Shown here: positions 10,105-18,804 of the stretch, piece after piece
Position numbering within the stretch: position 1 is the stretch's first letter
Layout of the letters: each line of letters starts with the position of its first letter
Source of the DNA: Capsulimonadales bacterium
GTDB taxonomy: Bacteria > Armatimonadota > Armatimonadia > Armatimonadales > Armatimonadaceae
NCBI GenBank assembly: GCA_033762295.1
Contig: JANRLW010000052.1
Location: forward strand, 1 to 21,689
Length of the DNA stretch: 21,689 nt
Reading direction: 5' to 3'
Position numbers and translations under genes: made by a program
The notes under the pieces: model-generated
Seen by the model: only the letters and a program-made list of their open reading frames with translations
What the model was told of the DNA's origin: nothing
Databases searched by the model: none

Positions 10105-12167
10105 GCGGATTCCGAGAGCCCTTCAAGATAGTAGACAGCTGTCGCTGCGACCCCCTGAAACCATGCTCCCGTCGGATCGACCAGAGGGAACCACCAGGCG
10201 GACGGTCGAAAGTTGGTATGTGGAAGTCCGTTGACCGTCTGCAGGGCGTTTCGCACCTGTCGCGCCTTTTCCCGCTCGGCTTCGGCGGCGATCCGGTTCA
10301 TCGTCGTACGCGCTTCGCTGGCGACTTCTCCCTTTTCCAGAGCCTTCCGCTCCCGATACAACTGGCGGATTTCGCGGCGTAGTTCGGCGGCTTCCTCACG
10401 AAGTTCGGCGATCGGGCGGTCGAAACGAATCCGGCGTTCGCGGTCTCGCTGCGCCCGTTCGGTTTCCGAGAGTGTTCGGCCCATGAGGTTGGCGCGGAAA
10501 TGGTCTCCCTTCGCCTGTTCCAGCGCAAACGCTTCGTCGACGACCTCCTGCCATCGCGCTTTCTTTGCTTTTTCGAGGACACGGATTTCATCGGCCTGTC
10601 GGCGGACGTCCAGGAGAACGGCGGCGGCGTCTTCGTAGGCGTCACAGGGTTTCGTCCAGGTGGCCGGAAACTGACGACTCAGGGCGGCGAGCAAGGCGCG
10701 GGGAGACTTCAACAACGCGAACCCGGCGAGCCGTTGTTTCTCCCAGGCGACGGCATTGCGCCAGCAGAAGGCAAAATCGGCAAAATCGATCCGGTCGCGG
10801 CCCAGAGCCTGAGTCAGGTGTTCCGGTAGAACGAACGTTCCCGAGTTGTCGGCGGACACTGCCTGCAGAGAATCCCAGGTCGCATACCGGATGCGGAGAA
10901 TCGGATGCATTTCGGGGACGGACAGGCCCCTCTCACGCATCAGGTCGCACATTTTCCAGGTGCGTCCGGAGTAGCCGGACGCACTTTCGTGAAAGACCAG
11001 AATGTGTTCGGCACCAAGCAACGGCAACAGGGTGACGGCTTTTCCCACCAGGGCGACGTCCGGACCGAGTTCGCGTTCCACTAACCGGGCCAGCGAACCG
11101 ACGCTGTCGATGTCGCAGTGACGGTCGCACAGGACGATCGGTTCACGTGGAGTATCGACGAGGATCGTGCCGTCGCCGGGCAATCGGATCGTCCCTCTTC
11201 CCCGTCCGGGCAGGACGAGATCGAAGGGGATCGCCCCCTCGCCGAACTGATCCAGCGTATAGATGTCGGACCCGGCTACGGCCAGATTGTAGGAGTCGAT
11301 GGCGTGCTGACGGGTGTTCGGATGAAGAAAGAGATCCACCAGACCGAACCGGGGCAGGGCGGCAGTGGCGGAGTTGAACCGAAGAATTTCGAACGTGCTC
11401 GACGTTGCGAGGTCCGGCGTCTCCCCTCCCAGTAGCAGTCCGTAGAAGCGTGGCAGGAGGTCGCGGTAAAGGTCGGTCAGCGAGGCATCGGGATGGCTTT
11501 CGGCAAAGTCGGTCACCCAGTTTCCGATCTGCCCACCGACCGTCATGGCTGCCCGGGATCGGGTTTCGTCCAGACACTCCACGCTTCCCCGGAGGGCGTC
11601 GGCGATCTGTTCCAGGAGGGTGGAAAGGATTTCGGCGAGAGGAATGTCCCGAGCGATCTTTCGATCCCATTCGGTATAGACAATCCCGGTCCAACCCCAG
11701 GCGGCGGTCAGTTCGGACAAAAGAGCGGCGGGATCGTCGGAATGGGAAAGGGCGCGATGCAGGGAGACGCCCCCCTGGCGGGCGAGCAGGTGCTGGGTCG
11801 GAACATCCTCGGACCCGAACAACCGGCTCATCTCTCCGGCGGCGGACCAGAGGCCGCGCGTCCTGAAGTCGTCGTGCGTTACCAGGGCGAATTTGTGGCC
11901 TTCCGGGGATCGATGTCCGGGAAGTTTGGCAAAGTAATCCGTGTCGTGAACGGCGGCCATCATGCGCGCGCCGGGCCAGACACGACGAAGAACGTTCAGA
12001 AGGCTGGCCTTGGTCGGTTCATCCCAGAGAGCGGTCTGACCCAGAGCGAGAAACGGAGTATGCGGAAAGCGATTCCGAAGGGTTTGAAGGGTATTTGCGG
12101 CCGATTCCGATATCGTCCTTGTGGCGGGGTAAGGTTTTTCGTCCGATCGTTGCGGTTGACAGCCCAT
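10101..12167 (-). CDS. Hypothetical protein with C-terminal coiled coil (688 aa)
   Basis: SD AGGGAGG just upstream of ATG 12167. Protein-like composition from there on. Stop overlaps the dapF start as ATGA. The listed ORF's extra 317 N-terminal codons cross the intergenic region and run antisense to selB. Confidence 0.8.
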   Translation of the reverse strand: MGCQPQRSDEKPYPATRTISESAANTLQTLRNRFPHTPFLALGQTALWDEPTKASLLNVLRRVWPGARMMAAVHDTDYFAKLPGHRSPEGHKFALVTHDDFRTRGLWSAAGEMSRLFGSEDVPTQHLLARQGGVSLHRALSHSDDPAALLSELTAAWGWTGIVYTEWDRKIARDIPLAEILSTLLEQIADALRGSVECLDETRSRAAMTVGGQIGNWVTDFAESHPDASLTDLYRDLLPRFYGLLLGGETPDLATSSTFEILRFNSATAALPRFGLVDLFLHPNTRQHAIDSYNLAVAGSDIYTLDQFGEGAIPFDLVLPGRGRGTIRLPGDGTILVDTPREPIVLCDRHCDIDSVGSLARLVERELGPDVALVGKAVTLLPLLGAEHILVFHESASGYSGRTWKMCDLMRERGLSVPEMHPILRIRYATWDSLQAVSADNSGTFVLPEHLTQALGRDRIDFADFAFCWRNAVAWEKQRLAGFALLKSPRALLAALSRQFPATWTKPCDAYEDAAAVLLDVRRQADEIRVLEKAKKARWQEVVDEAFALEQAKGDHFRANLMGRTLSETERAQRDRERRIRFDRPIAELREEAAELRREIRQLYRERKALEKGEVASEARTTMNRIAAEAEREKARQVRNALQTVNGLPHTNFRPSAWWFPLVDPTGAWFQGVAATAVYYLEGLSESA

Positions 12168-12400
12168 GGATCCTCCCTGGCGATCGCCGAACCGCTTTTC
12201 CCGGTGAAGTAATCGGCAGCAGGCGGTGGAACATCTTGTTCCGGAATTAGCCGCGCATTTATTGATGAGTCCGGCAAAACACAGTATACACGACGTCCGC
12301 AAACAAAGATGCCTTTCCGGAGACCGTGGTTCCTGACCGAACGGAAAAAGTTTACGTGGCGGCGGATCTCGAACGTCGGCGGCACGGTTTACGAAACGGA

Positions 12401-12406
12401 TACAAT
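12401..12406 (+). promoter_or_regulatory. Putative -10 box of a leaderless selB transcript
   Basis: TACAAT 7 nt before ATG 12414; no SD. Confidence 0.5.
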
Positions 12407-12413
12407 ACGGGCG

Positions 12414-14336
12414 ATGAAGGGCGAACGTCATATCATAATCGGGACCGCCGGTCATGTCGACCATGGAAAGACGACGTTGATTCGTGCGTTGACCGGGATC
12501 AATACCGACCGTCTCGCCGAGGAGCAGGCGCGGGGGATGACGATCGACCTCGGCTTCGCGTTTCTCGAGTTGCCGGGCGATCCACCGATTCATGCCGGGA
12601 TTGTCGACGTACCGGGGCACGAGAAATTCGTCAAGAATATGCTGGCGGGCGCGGGCGGGATCGATATCGCTTTGCTGGTCGTTTCCGCCGAAGAAGGCCC
12701 GATGCCGCAGACGAAGGAACATCTCGATATCCTGACCGTGCTCGGGGTATCCGTGGGTGTGGTGGCGTTGACGAAGATCGATATGGCGGACGCCGAACTG
12801 GCGGAGATCGCGGCGGAAACGATTCGGGAGTCCCTGGCGAAAACCCCGCTTGCCGACGCGCCGATGGTGCCGGTCTCGGCGGTGACGGGGCAGGGAATGG
12901 ACACATTGAAGGCGGCATTGGCGGAGGCCGCGGCGCAGGCTCCGGTTCGGTCGCCCTCCGGTCCGTTCCGACTGCCGGTCGATCGGGTGTTTTCCTTGCC
13001 GGGCGTGGGCACGGTCATCACCGGAACGCTGGTCTCCGGGACGTTGAACGCCGGGGACCCGGTCCTGGTTCAGCCCCAGGGTATCGCGACTCGCGCACGG
13101 ACCCTGCAAACCCACCACCGAAAGATCGAAGCGGCCACGCCCGGAATGCGGGTGGCGGTCAACCTGCCGGGGGTCGAGGTGGTGCAGGTGGAACGGGGCG
13201 CGGTCCTGACACCGCCCGGCGCTCAGATCGCGACGTCGCTGATGGACGCCCGTCTGTCCGTTCTTCCGGAGGCGTCCCGGCCATTACGCCATCGCGAACG
13301 GGTGCGGGTGCATCTGGGGACCGGGGAGGTGATGGCGCGTCTTCTGTTGCTCACGGAGCGGGAATTGCCTCCGGGAACGGCGGACGCACCGGTCCAGCTG
13401 GATTGCGAAGGGGTGACCGCGCCCGCCCGGGGGGAGCGTTTCGTACTCCGGACGTACAGTCCCGCGCGAGCGGTCGGAGGCGGAACGGTGCTGGAACCGT
13501 CTCCGACGCATCGTTACCGGCGGGGGGATGAGGCTGCGAAGGCGTTGTTCGAGGCACGGGGTACGGGGGAGAGAACGGACATGGTCTATGCGATGCTGGC
13601 GGGAAAACCGGCGGATTTTTCACCGGCGGAAGTGGCGGCGGGAACCGGACTTTCGGAGGCGGCGGCCATCGTCGAACTGGAAACGCTGGTCGACCGTCAG
13701 CAGGCGGAGGTATGGACCGACGGTCGGTACATCGCGGATACGACCGCGAAACGCCTGAGGGAAACAGCCGTCCGGACGCTGTCGCAGTATCATCGCCAGA
13801 ACCCGTTTCGCAAGGGGATGCCGCGCGACGGTCTGCGCGCGCCGTTGACCAAAGCCGCCGCGTTCCGCGATTTCAACGCCGTTCTTCTCTGGCTGATGGC
13901 CGAAGGGGTGATCGCCGGGGAGGGCGTCACCGTACGGCTCCCGGAACATTCGGTGGAAATCCCGCCGGGGTGGCGTAAACCGGCCGAGGAGATTCTGGCG
14001 GTGTATCGTTCGGCGGGGCTGACACCGCCTTCCCCCGAGAACTTTCAGGCAAACTATCCACGGGACGTTCACGTGCGCACCATTCTGTCCATCCATGCGG
14101 AAAACGGCGACCTGATCCCGCTCGGCGAGGACCTGTTTATCGAGCGTCAGGCGTACGATACCGCCAAACGGACGATCCGCCAGTTAGGCAGTGCCGGCCG
14201 GGAGATTACCGTGGCGACCGTTCGTGATGCGACCGGCTCCTCGCGCAAGGTCATTCTTCCGCTTCTGGAGCATTTCGACGCGTTGAAACTGACCCGACGT
14301 GTCGGAGATGTACGCGTTTTGATCGAGAACGGGTAG
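12414..14336 (+). CDS. selB: Selenocysteine-specific translation elongation factor (640 aa)
   Basis: [41 protein letters not shown] and VDRVF; C-terminal winged-helix domains ending [13 protein letters not shown]...TRRVGDVR. Confidence 0.95.
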   Translation: MKGERHIIIGTAGHVDHGKTTLIRALTGINTDRLAEEQARGMTIDLGFAFLELPGDPPIHAGIVDVPGHEKFVKNMLAGAGGIDIALLVVSAEEGPMPQTKEHLDILTVLGVSVGVVALTKIDMADAELAEIAAETIRESLAKTPLADAPMVPVSAVTGQGMDTLKAALAEAAAQAPVRSPSGPFRLPVDRVFSLPGVGTVITGTLVSGTLNAGDPVLVQPQGIATRARTLQTHHRKIEAATPGMRVAVNLPGVEVVQVERGAVLTPPGAQIATSLMDARLSVLPEASRPLRHRERVRVHLGTGEVMARLLLLTERELPPGTADAPVQLDCEGVTAPARGERFVLRTYSPARAVGGGTVLEPSPTHRYRRGDEAAKALFEARGTGERTDMVYAMLAGKPADFSPAEVAAGTGLSEAAAIVELETLVDRQQAEVWTDGRYIADTTAKRLRETAVRTLSQYHRQNPFRKGMPRDGLRAPLTKAAAFRDFNAVLLWLMAEGVIAGEGVTVRLPEHSVEIPPGWRKPAEEILAVYRSAGLTPPSPENFQANYPRDVHVRTILSIHAENGDLIPLGEDLFIERQAYDTAKRTIRQLGSAGREITVATVRDATGSSRKVILPLLEHFDALKLTRRVGDVRVLIENG

Positions 14337-14416
14337 GGAACCCCGACGAACAACGCCGCTTTCCGATACAATTCCGGAAACGCAACTTTTCGTTTCGAGA
14401 AAGTGTCTTTGAAGCC

Positions 14417-15637
14417 GTGAACTTCCTGGAATCCTTAAGAGTGGCCTTCGTCGCCCTCGCTGCCAACAAACTCCGCTCCTTCCTGACGATGCTGGGCGTC
14501 ATTATCGGTGTCGGATCGGTGATCATTATGATCTCCTTCATACAGGGGGCACGGCAGCAGGTCGTCAGTGAATTCGCCGAGGACGGCGCGAACCTGCTTT
14601 TCGCCTTTTACAATCCGAAGCGGGATTCGCAACGGCGCGGCACGTTCGACGGGTTGCGTATGGAGGATGTTGAGGCGATCGAGGAGCGGGTCGGCAGTAT
14701 CCGGGATATTTCGCCGACCGTCGAGCAGACGGGGAAGGTGACCCGTGGCAAGAAAAACTATTCGATGACTCTGGTCGGTGTGACGTACCAGTATTTCGGC
14801 ATCAATAACCTGAAACTGGCGCGCGGACGGTGGATCGAAGATCAGGATGGAGATAACTGGGACAAGGTCTGTGTCATCGGTGACCGGATTCGCAAGGAGA
14901 TGTTCGGCAAGGAGGACCCGATCGGTCAACCCCTGGTCATGGTGGTCGGGGAGAACCGGGTGCCCTTCACGGTCATCGGTTATAACAAGTATAAGGGCAA
15001 AAGCGGTTTTGGCGGGACGAGTGCGGACGAGCAGGTCTTCATTCCTCTCAACACCATGCAGAAGCGCGTGACCGGTTCCGATAAGATCGGTGGGTTATCG
15101 GCGCGGGCGATTGCCGGTGTCACTGCGGATCAGGCAGCCGACGAGGTGTTTACGGTGATCAAGCAGCGCCATCCGGAAAACGCGCAGGATGTGGTTGTGG
15201 ACACCCAGGAGGGGTTGTTGAAGCGGCTGGACTCGGTGCTGATGATTTTCCAGGTGGTGCTGGGCGGAGTGGGCGGTCTTTCTCTGCTGGTCGGCGGCAT
15301 CGGGATTATGAACATCATGCTGGTCTCGGTCACCGAACGCACCCGCGAGATCGGGATTCGTAAGGCGGTCGGGGCGAAACGTGGCGATATCCTGGTGCAG
15401 TTTATTACGGAGAGTATGGCCGTTTCCGGGGTCGGGGGAATGATCGGCGTGGCGTTCGGTTATATGTCGTCGAGCGGGATTATGGCCGCGACCCAGGGCA
15501 AGTTCAAAACGTTCGTCCCTTTCTGGGCGGCGGTACTCGGATTTACGTTCGCAGTGGCGGTCGGAATGTTCTTCGGCATCTATCCGGCGTGGCGCGCGTC
15601 GAAACTGGACCCGATCCAGGCGCTGCGTTACGAATAA
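14417..15637 (+). CDS. ABC transporter permease, MacB/FtsX family
   Basis: NKLRSFLTMLGVIIGV, GGIGIMNIMLVSVTERTREIGIRKAVGA and LDPIQALRYE; GTG start. Confidence 0.93.
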   Translation: MNFLESLRVAFVALAANKLRSFLTMLGVIIGVGSVIIMISFIQGARQQVVSEFAEDGANLLFAFYNPKRDSQRRGTFDGLRMEDVEAIEERVGSIRDISPTVEQTGKVTRGKKNYSMTLVGVTYQYFGINNLKLARGRWIEDQDGDNWDKVCVIGDRIRKEMFGKEDPIGQPLVMVVGENRVPFTVIGYNKYKGKSGFGGTSADEQVFIPLNTMQKRVTGSDKIGGLSARAIAGVTADQAADEVFTVIKQRHPENAQDVVVDTQEGLLKRLDSVLMIFQVVLGGVGGLSLLVGGIGIMNIMLVSVTERTREIGIRKAVGAKRGDILVQFITESMAVSGVGGMIGVAFGYMSSSGIMAATQGKFKTFVPFWAAVLGFTFAVAVGMFFGIYPAWRASKLDPIQALRYE

Positions 15638-15714
15638 CGGGGGCCATTCCGGAACCGGCGCGCTTTTCGGTGGTATAGGAGTTGGTGCTACCCGGTGGTT
15701 TGTGTCTCGCGAAA

Positions 15715-15740
15715 ATCGCGGATATAATGGATCGCGGATA
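15715..15740 (+). promoter_or_regulatory. Putative promoter: TATAAT (15723-15728) flanked by a 10-bp direct repeat ATCGCGGATA
   Basis: Exact copies at 15715-15724 and 15731-15740 around a consensus -10 hexamer, upstream of the Fe-S carrier gene. Confidence 0.5.
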
Positions 15741-15842
15741 AGAAAGGTCGCCAATGGGACTCCCGTCATTTCGGAGCAGGCGATCCTCCCGAAGACGAGT
15801 TTTGGATTTTCGGCGCATCGCGCCGTATGGAAGGATAGAAAC

Positions 15843-16331
15843 ATGGCAGCAGTCCTTGAGCCGCCCGTGAACACGTTCGACCCGCAGAGTGCGCCTGCGC
15901 CGATCGCTCTGACCGCGCGTGCCGCGCAGGAAGTGAAAGACATTCTGGAGCAGCAGGGCAATCCGGAAGGGGTTTATCTGCGCGTTTATGTCGCCGGTGG
16001 CGGTTGTTCCGGTCTCCAGTACGGCATGGCGCTCGATGAGAATGTCGAGGAAGGCGATGCGAAGTTCCCCGCCTATGTTCAGTACGGCGACGAGGTTTCC
16101 GGCGGGATTTCCCATGAGGTCGACCCGTCCTTCGAAGTGGTGATCGATTCGATGAGCCATAAGTACATTCTGGGCTCGATCGTCGATTACGTGACAACGC
16201 CGATGGGCGGCGGCTTTAAGGTGGAGAATCCGAACGCGGTTCGCTCCTGCGGTTGCGGCTCCTCGTTCAGCACCGAGGACGATGCCGAAGGACGGACGGT
16301 CACCGGCGGATGCGGCTCCTGCCGCGCCTGA
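15843..16331 (+). CDS. A-type iron-sulfur cluster carrier (IscA/ErpA/HesB family) (162 aa)
   Basis: LRVYVAGGGCSGLQYGM and NPNAVRSCGCGSSF; AAGGA upstream of ATG 15843. Confidence 0.93.
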   Translation: MAAVLEPPVNTFDPQSAPAPIALTARAAQEVKDILEQQGNPEGVYLRVYVAGGGCSGLQYGMALDENVEEGDAKFPAYVQYGDEVSGGISHEVDPSFEVVIDSMSHKYILGSIVDYVTTPMGGGFKVENPNAVRSCGCGSSFSTEDDAEGRTVTGGCGSCRA

Positions 16332-16352
16332 TTCCGGGCGTTGATCGCTCAT

Positions 16353-16390
16353 GAAACCCGGGCCGTACGGTCCGGGTTTCGTTTCGTTTC
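16353..16390 (+). terminator. Probable intrinsic terminator
   Basis: GAAACCCGGGCC-GTAC-GGTCCGGGTTTC 12-bp stem with one G-U pair, then an interrupted T-rich tail, about 20 nt after the Fe-S carrier stop. Confidence 0.65.
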
Positions 16391-16416
16391 GGACCGGATG
16401 CCTGCAGGATAACTTC

Positions 16417-17025
16417 ATGGAATATGATCTTTCCCAACTGTCCGCACAGGAGGGCTACCGGCTTTTGACCGGCGTGGTGGTGCCGCGACCGATCGCCTGG
16501 GTATCGACACTCGGGGAGGAGGGAACGATAAACGTCGCCCCGTTTTCCTTCTTCAATATTCTCGGCTCCGATCCGCCGACCATCGGAATCGGTGTCGGAA
16601 ACCGGAAGGACGGAAGTCCGAAGGATACGGCGGCCAATATTCTGCGGTCCGGCGAATTCGTGGTGAATTTGGTGGACGAAGCGAATGCCGAGGCGATGAA
16701 TGTGACGGCGATCGAGTTTCCGCCCGGAATCAGTGAGTTGACCGAGGCGGGGCTGACCGCCGCGCCGTCCGTCCGTGTCACTGCACCTCGTATCGCCGAA
16801 GCCAAGGTCTGCCTGGAATGCCGTCTCTTTCAGGTCGTTGCCAACGGGAACAACCGCATTCTGATCGCCACGGTCGAACACGTCCACGTTCGGGAGGGCG
16901 AAACGCCCGAGACGTTCCGTTTCATCGGGCGGACCGACGGCCCCGGCGGCTATGTTCGAACCCGCGACCGGTTTGAGATCGCGCGAATCCGGTGGACCGA
17001 TTGGCGGGGCCGGTCGGAAAACTAA
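16417..17025 (+). CDS. Flavin reductase family (FMN-binding split barrel) protein (202 aa)
   Basis: VVPRPIAWVST...NVAPFSFFN...KDTAANI...GEFVVN pattern. Start set to ATG 16417. Confidence 0.9.
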   Translation: MEYDLSQLSAQEGYRLLTGVVVPRPIAWVSTLGEEGTINVAPFSFFNILGSDPPTIGIGVGNRKDGSPKDTAANILRSGEFVVNLVDEANAEAMNVTAIEFPPGISELTEAGLTAAPSVRVTAPRIAEAKVCLECRLFQVVANGNNRILIATVEHVHVREGETPETFRFIGRTDGPGGYVRTRDRFEIARIRWTDWRGRSEN

Positions 17026-17501
17026 CCTTCTTCGGTCGCTTTCGCTTCGGCAAATCGTTCCTGGCGTCGTCGTGACTGCCCGTTTCCGCTCGGAACGGAA
17101 TCGACGGCGCAGAAGACCGCCGGACCGACGGGTCGGGTCCCGCTTTCGTAGATCGCTTCCGCCGTTGCCGCCTGATAGATCTCGTGATAAAAACCCACGC
17201 CCTGGCCGGAATTCGCGACGAGCCACTTCCACCAGTCGGTATGGGGTAGTGAACGTGCGAATCGGTCCAGTTCCTCATAGGAACGCCAGTACTGCATCAG
17301 CACCGGACCGTCCTCGGTCATCATCAACCGGTTCAGCAAAAGACCCTCGGTGTCCGGCGTCAGCGCCGAAAACACCTGATCGTTGATTCCCGATGTCTCA
17401 TAAAGCTGTTTTCCTTCGGGCGTCAGGTACTGAACGCCGAAGAAGGCGAGACACAGGCGCGGAAATTCCCAGAGGCGGGCGACATAGGCTCCGGAGTTCA
17501 T
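17022..17501 (-). CDS. DUF4188-like protein (159 aa)
   Basis: MQYWRSYEELDRFARSLPH..WW...VGFYHEIY...EAIY pattern; GAGG upstream of ATG 17501. Confidence 0.7.
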   Translation of the reverse strand: MNSGAYVARLWEFPRLCLAFFGVQYLTPEGKQLYETSGINDQVFSALTPDTEGLLLNRLMMTEDGPVLMQYWRSYEELDRFARSLPHTDWWKWLVANSGQGVGFYHEIYQAATAEAIYESGTRPVGPAVFCAVDSVPSGNGQSRRRQERFAEAKATEEG

Positions 17502-17578
17502 GACAGGTTTCCTCTTCACAGGGTATCAGGGTATCGTTTCCTCGACGTTGAGTCGGTTTCCTGCGGTAAGATAAGGGT

Positions 17579-18724
17579 GTGACCGAGCGGACCATCTATC
17601 TGGATTACGCGGCGACCACCCCGGTCGATCCGGAGGTTCTCAACGCAATGTTGCCGTTCCTCGGAGATCGTTTTGGCAATCCGTCCTCGGTGCATCGGAT
17701 GGGGCAGGAGGCGCGTCGGGCGGTCGATCAGTCGAGAGACACGATCGCGGCGGCGATTAACGCCGATTCGAGCGAGATTTTCTTTACATCGGGCGGGACG
17801 GAGGCCGACAACGCGGCCTTATTCGGCGTTCTCCGGGCGGGAGTGGCACGGGGACGGACGCATCTGGTGACGACCGCAATCGAGCACCATGCCGTTCTCG
17901 ACGCGGCGATGCGATTGGCGCGGACGGTTCCGTTCACGGTTTCGTTGTTGCCGGTCGATCAGGAAGGTTTCGTTTCTCCGGAAGCGGCGCGGGCGGCGAT
18001 CAACGAGCGAACCGCGCTGGTTTCGGTCATGCACGCCAACAACGAGATCGGGACAATCCAGGATATTCGCTCGCTCGCCGAAATGGCGCATGCGTTCGGC
18101 GCTTATTTTCATACGGATGCGGTCCAGACCTTCGGACAGATGCCGATCGATGTGGAGGGGCTCGGGATCGACCTGATGACTCTGTCGGCGCACAAGATTT
18201 ACGGACCCAAGGGAATCGGCGCTCTCTATGCGCGTCAGGGGGTCGATTGGCATCCGTTTCACCTCGGCGGACAGCAGGAGCGAGAGAAACGCGCGGGGAC
18301 CGAGAACGTCCCCGGAATCGTCGGGTTCGGCAAGGCGACGGAGTTAATGCGGGGGTGGCGGGATCGGGAAGCGCAGCGTCTTGGCGAGCTGCGGGATCGA
18401 TTCGTGAGGGACGTTACGGAAGGGATTCCGGGGAGTCGGCTGAACGGTCCTACGACCCGACGGCTCCCGAACAACGCCAATTTTTCGTTTACGCGGACGG
18501 ATGGCGAGACGTTGCTCCTGGCGCTCGATATGGCGGGGATCGCCGCGTCGTCCGGTTCCGCCTGCGCTTCGGGGTCGATCGAACCGTCGCATGTTCTGGC
18601 CGCCCTCGGGTTGGAGGAGTCAATGGTTCGATCGGCGGTTCGTTTCTCGCTCGGACGGCAGACGGTCGCCGACGATCTGGCGATAACGGCGGACGTCCTC
18701 AAACGGATTCTCCGAGGACGCTGA
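17579..18724 (+). CDS. iscS: Cysteine desulfurase, group I (IscS/NifS family)
   Basis: YLDYAATTP, FTSGGTEADN, HTDAVQ, SAHKIYGPKG (PLP lysine), RAGTEN and SSGSACASG (catalytic Cys). GTG start. Confidence 0.9.
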   Translation: MTERTIYLDYAATTPVDPEVLNAMLPFLGDRFGNPSSVHRMGQEARRAVDQSRDTIAAAINADSSEIFFTSGGTEADNAALFGVLRAGVARGRTHLVTTAIEHHAVLDAAMRLARTVPFTVSLLPVDQEGFVSPEAARAAINERTALVSVMHANNEIGTIQDIRSLAEMAHAFGAYFHTDAVQTFGQMPIDVEGLGIDLMTLSAHKIYGPKGIGALYARQGVDWHPFHLGGQQEREKRAGTENVPGIVGFGKATELMRGWRDREAQRLGELRDRFVRDVTEGIPGSRLNGPTTRRLPNNANFSFTRTDGETLLLALDMAGIAASSGSACASGSIEPSHVLAALGLEESMVRSAVRFSLGRQTVADDLAITADVLKRILRGR

Positions 18725-18804
18725 ATTTTCGGTCGAATGGGGTGTAACCTGCGGGGAGGTCGTCCCCTCAAAAAGGCAGGATCACGGTATTTAAGAGGTT
18801 GATT

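Noticed and set aside
12168..12413. tRNA-Sec (selC) or another ncRNA upstream of selB
   Set aside because: No cloverleaf, UCA anticodon arm or T-loop was found. The region is adequately explained by divergent promoters (TATACT on minus at 12283-12288, TACAAT on plus at 12401-12406).
12168..13118. N-terminal 317 codons of the listed 1005-aa minus-strand ORF
   Set aside because: They cross the divergent intergenic region and run antisense to selB, a typical high-GC shadow frame. A strong SD supports ATG 12167.
16329..16412. Selenocysteine read-through at the Fe-S carrier TGA, with the downstream hairpin as SECIS
   Set aside because: All conserved Cys are already encoded as Cys and the read-through peptide is short and featureless. 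The hairpin with its T-rich tail fits a terminator better.
17519..17534. Tandem 8-mer CAGGGTAT x2 between DUF4188 and iscS
   Set aside because: Only two short copies with no other support; may be chance or a small duplication.
18743..18780. ECF-sigma-like promoter (TGTAAC...CGTC) and small hairpin upstream of the stalk-domain gene
   Set aside because: The spacer is 12 nt rather than about 16, and the stems are short with no U-tract.
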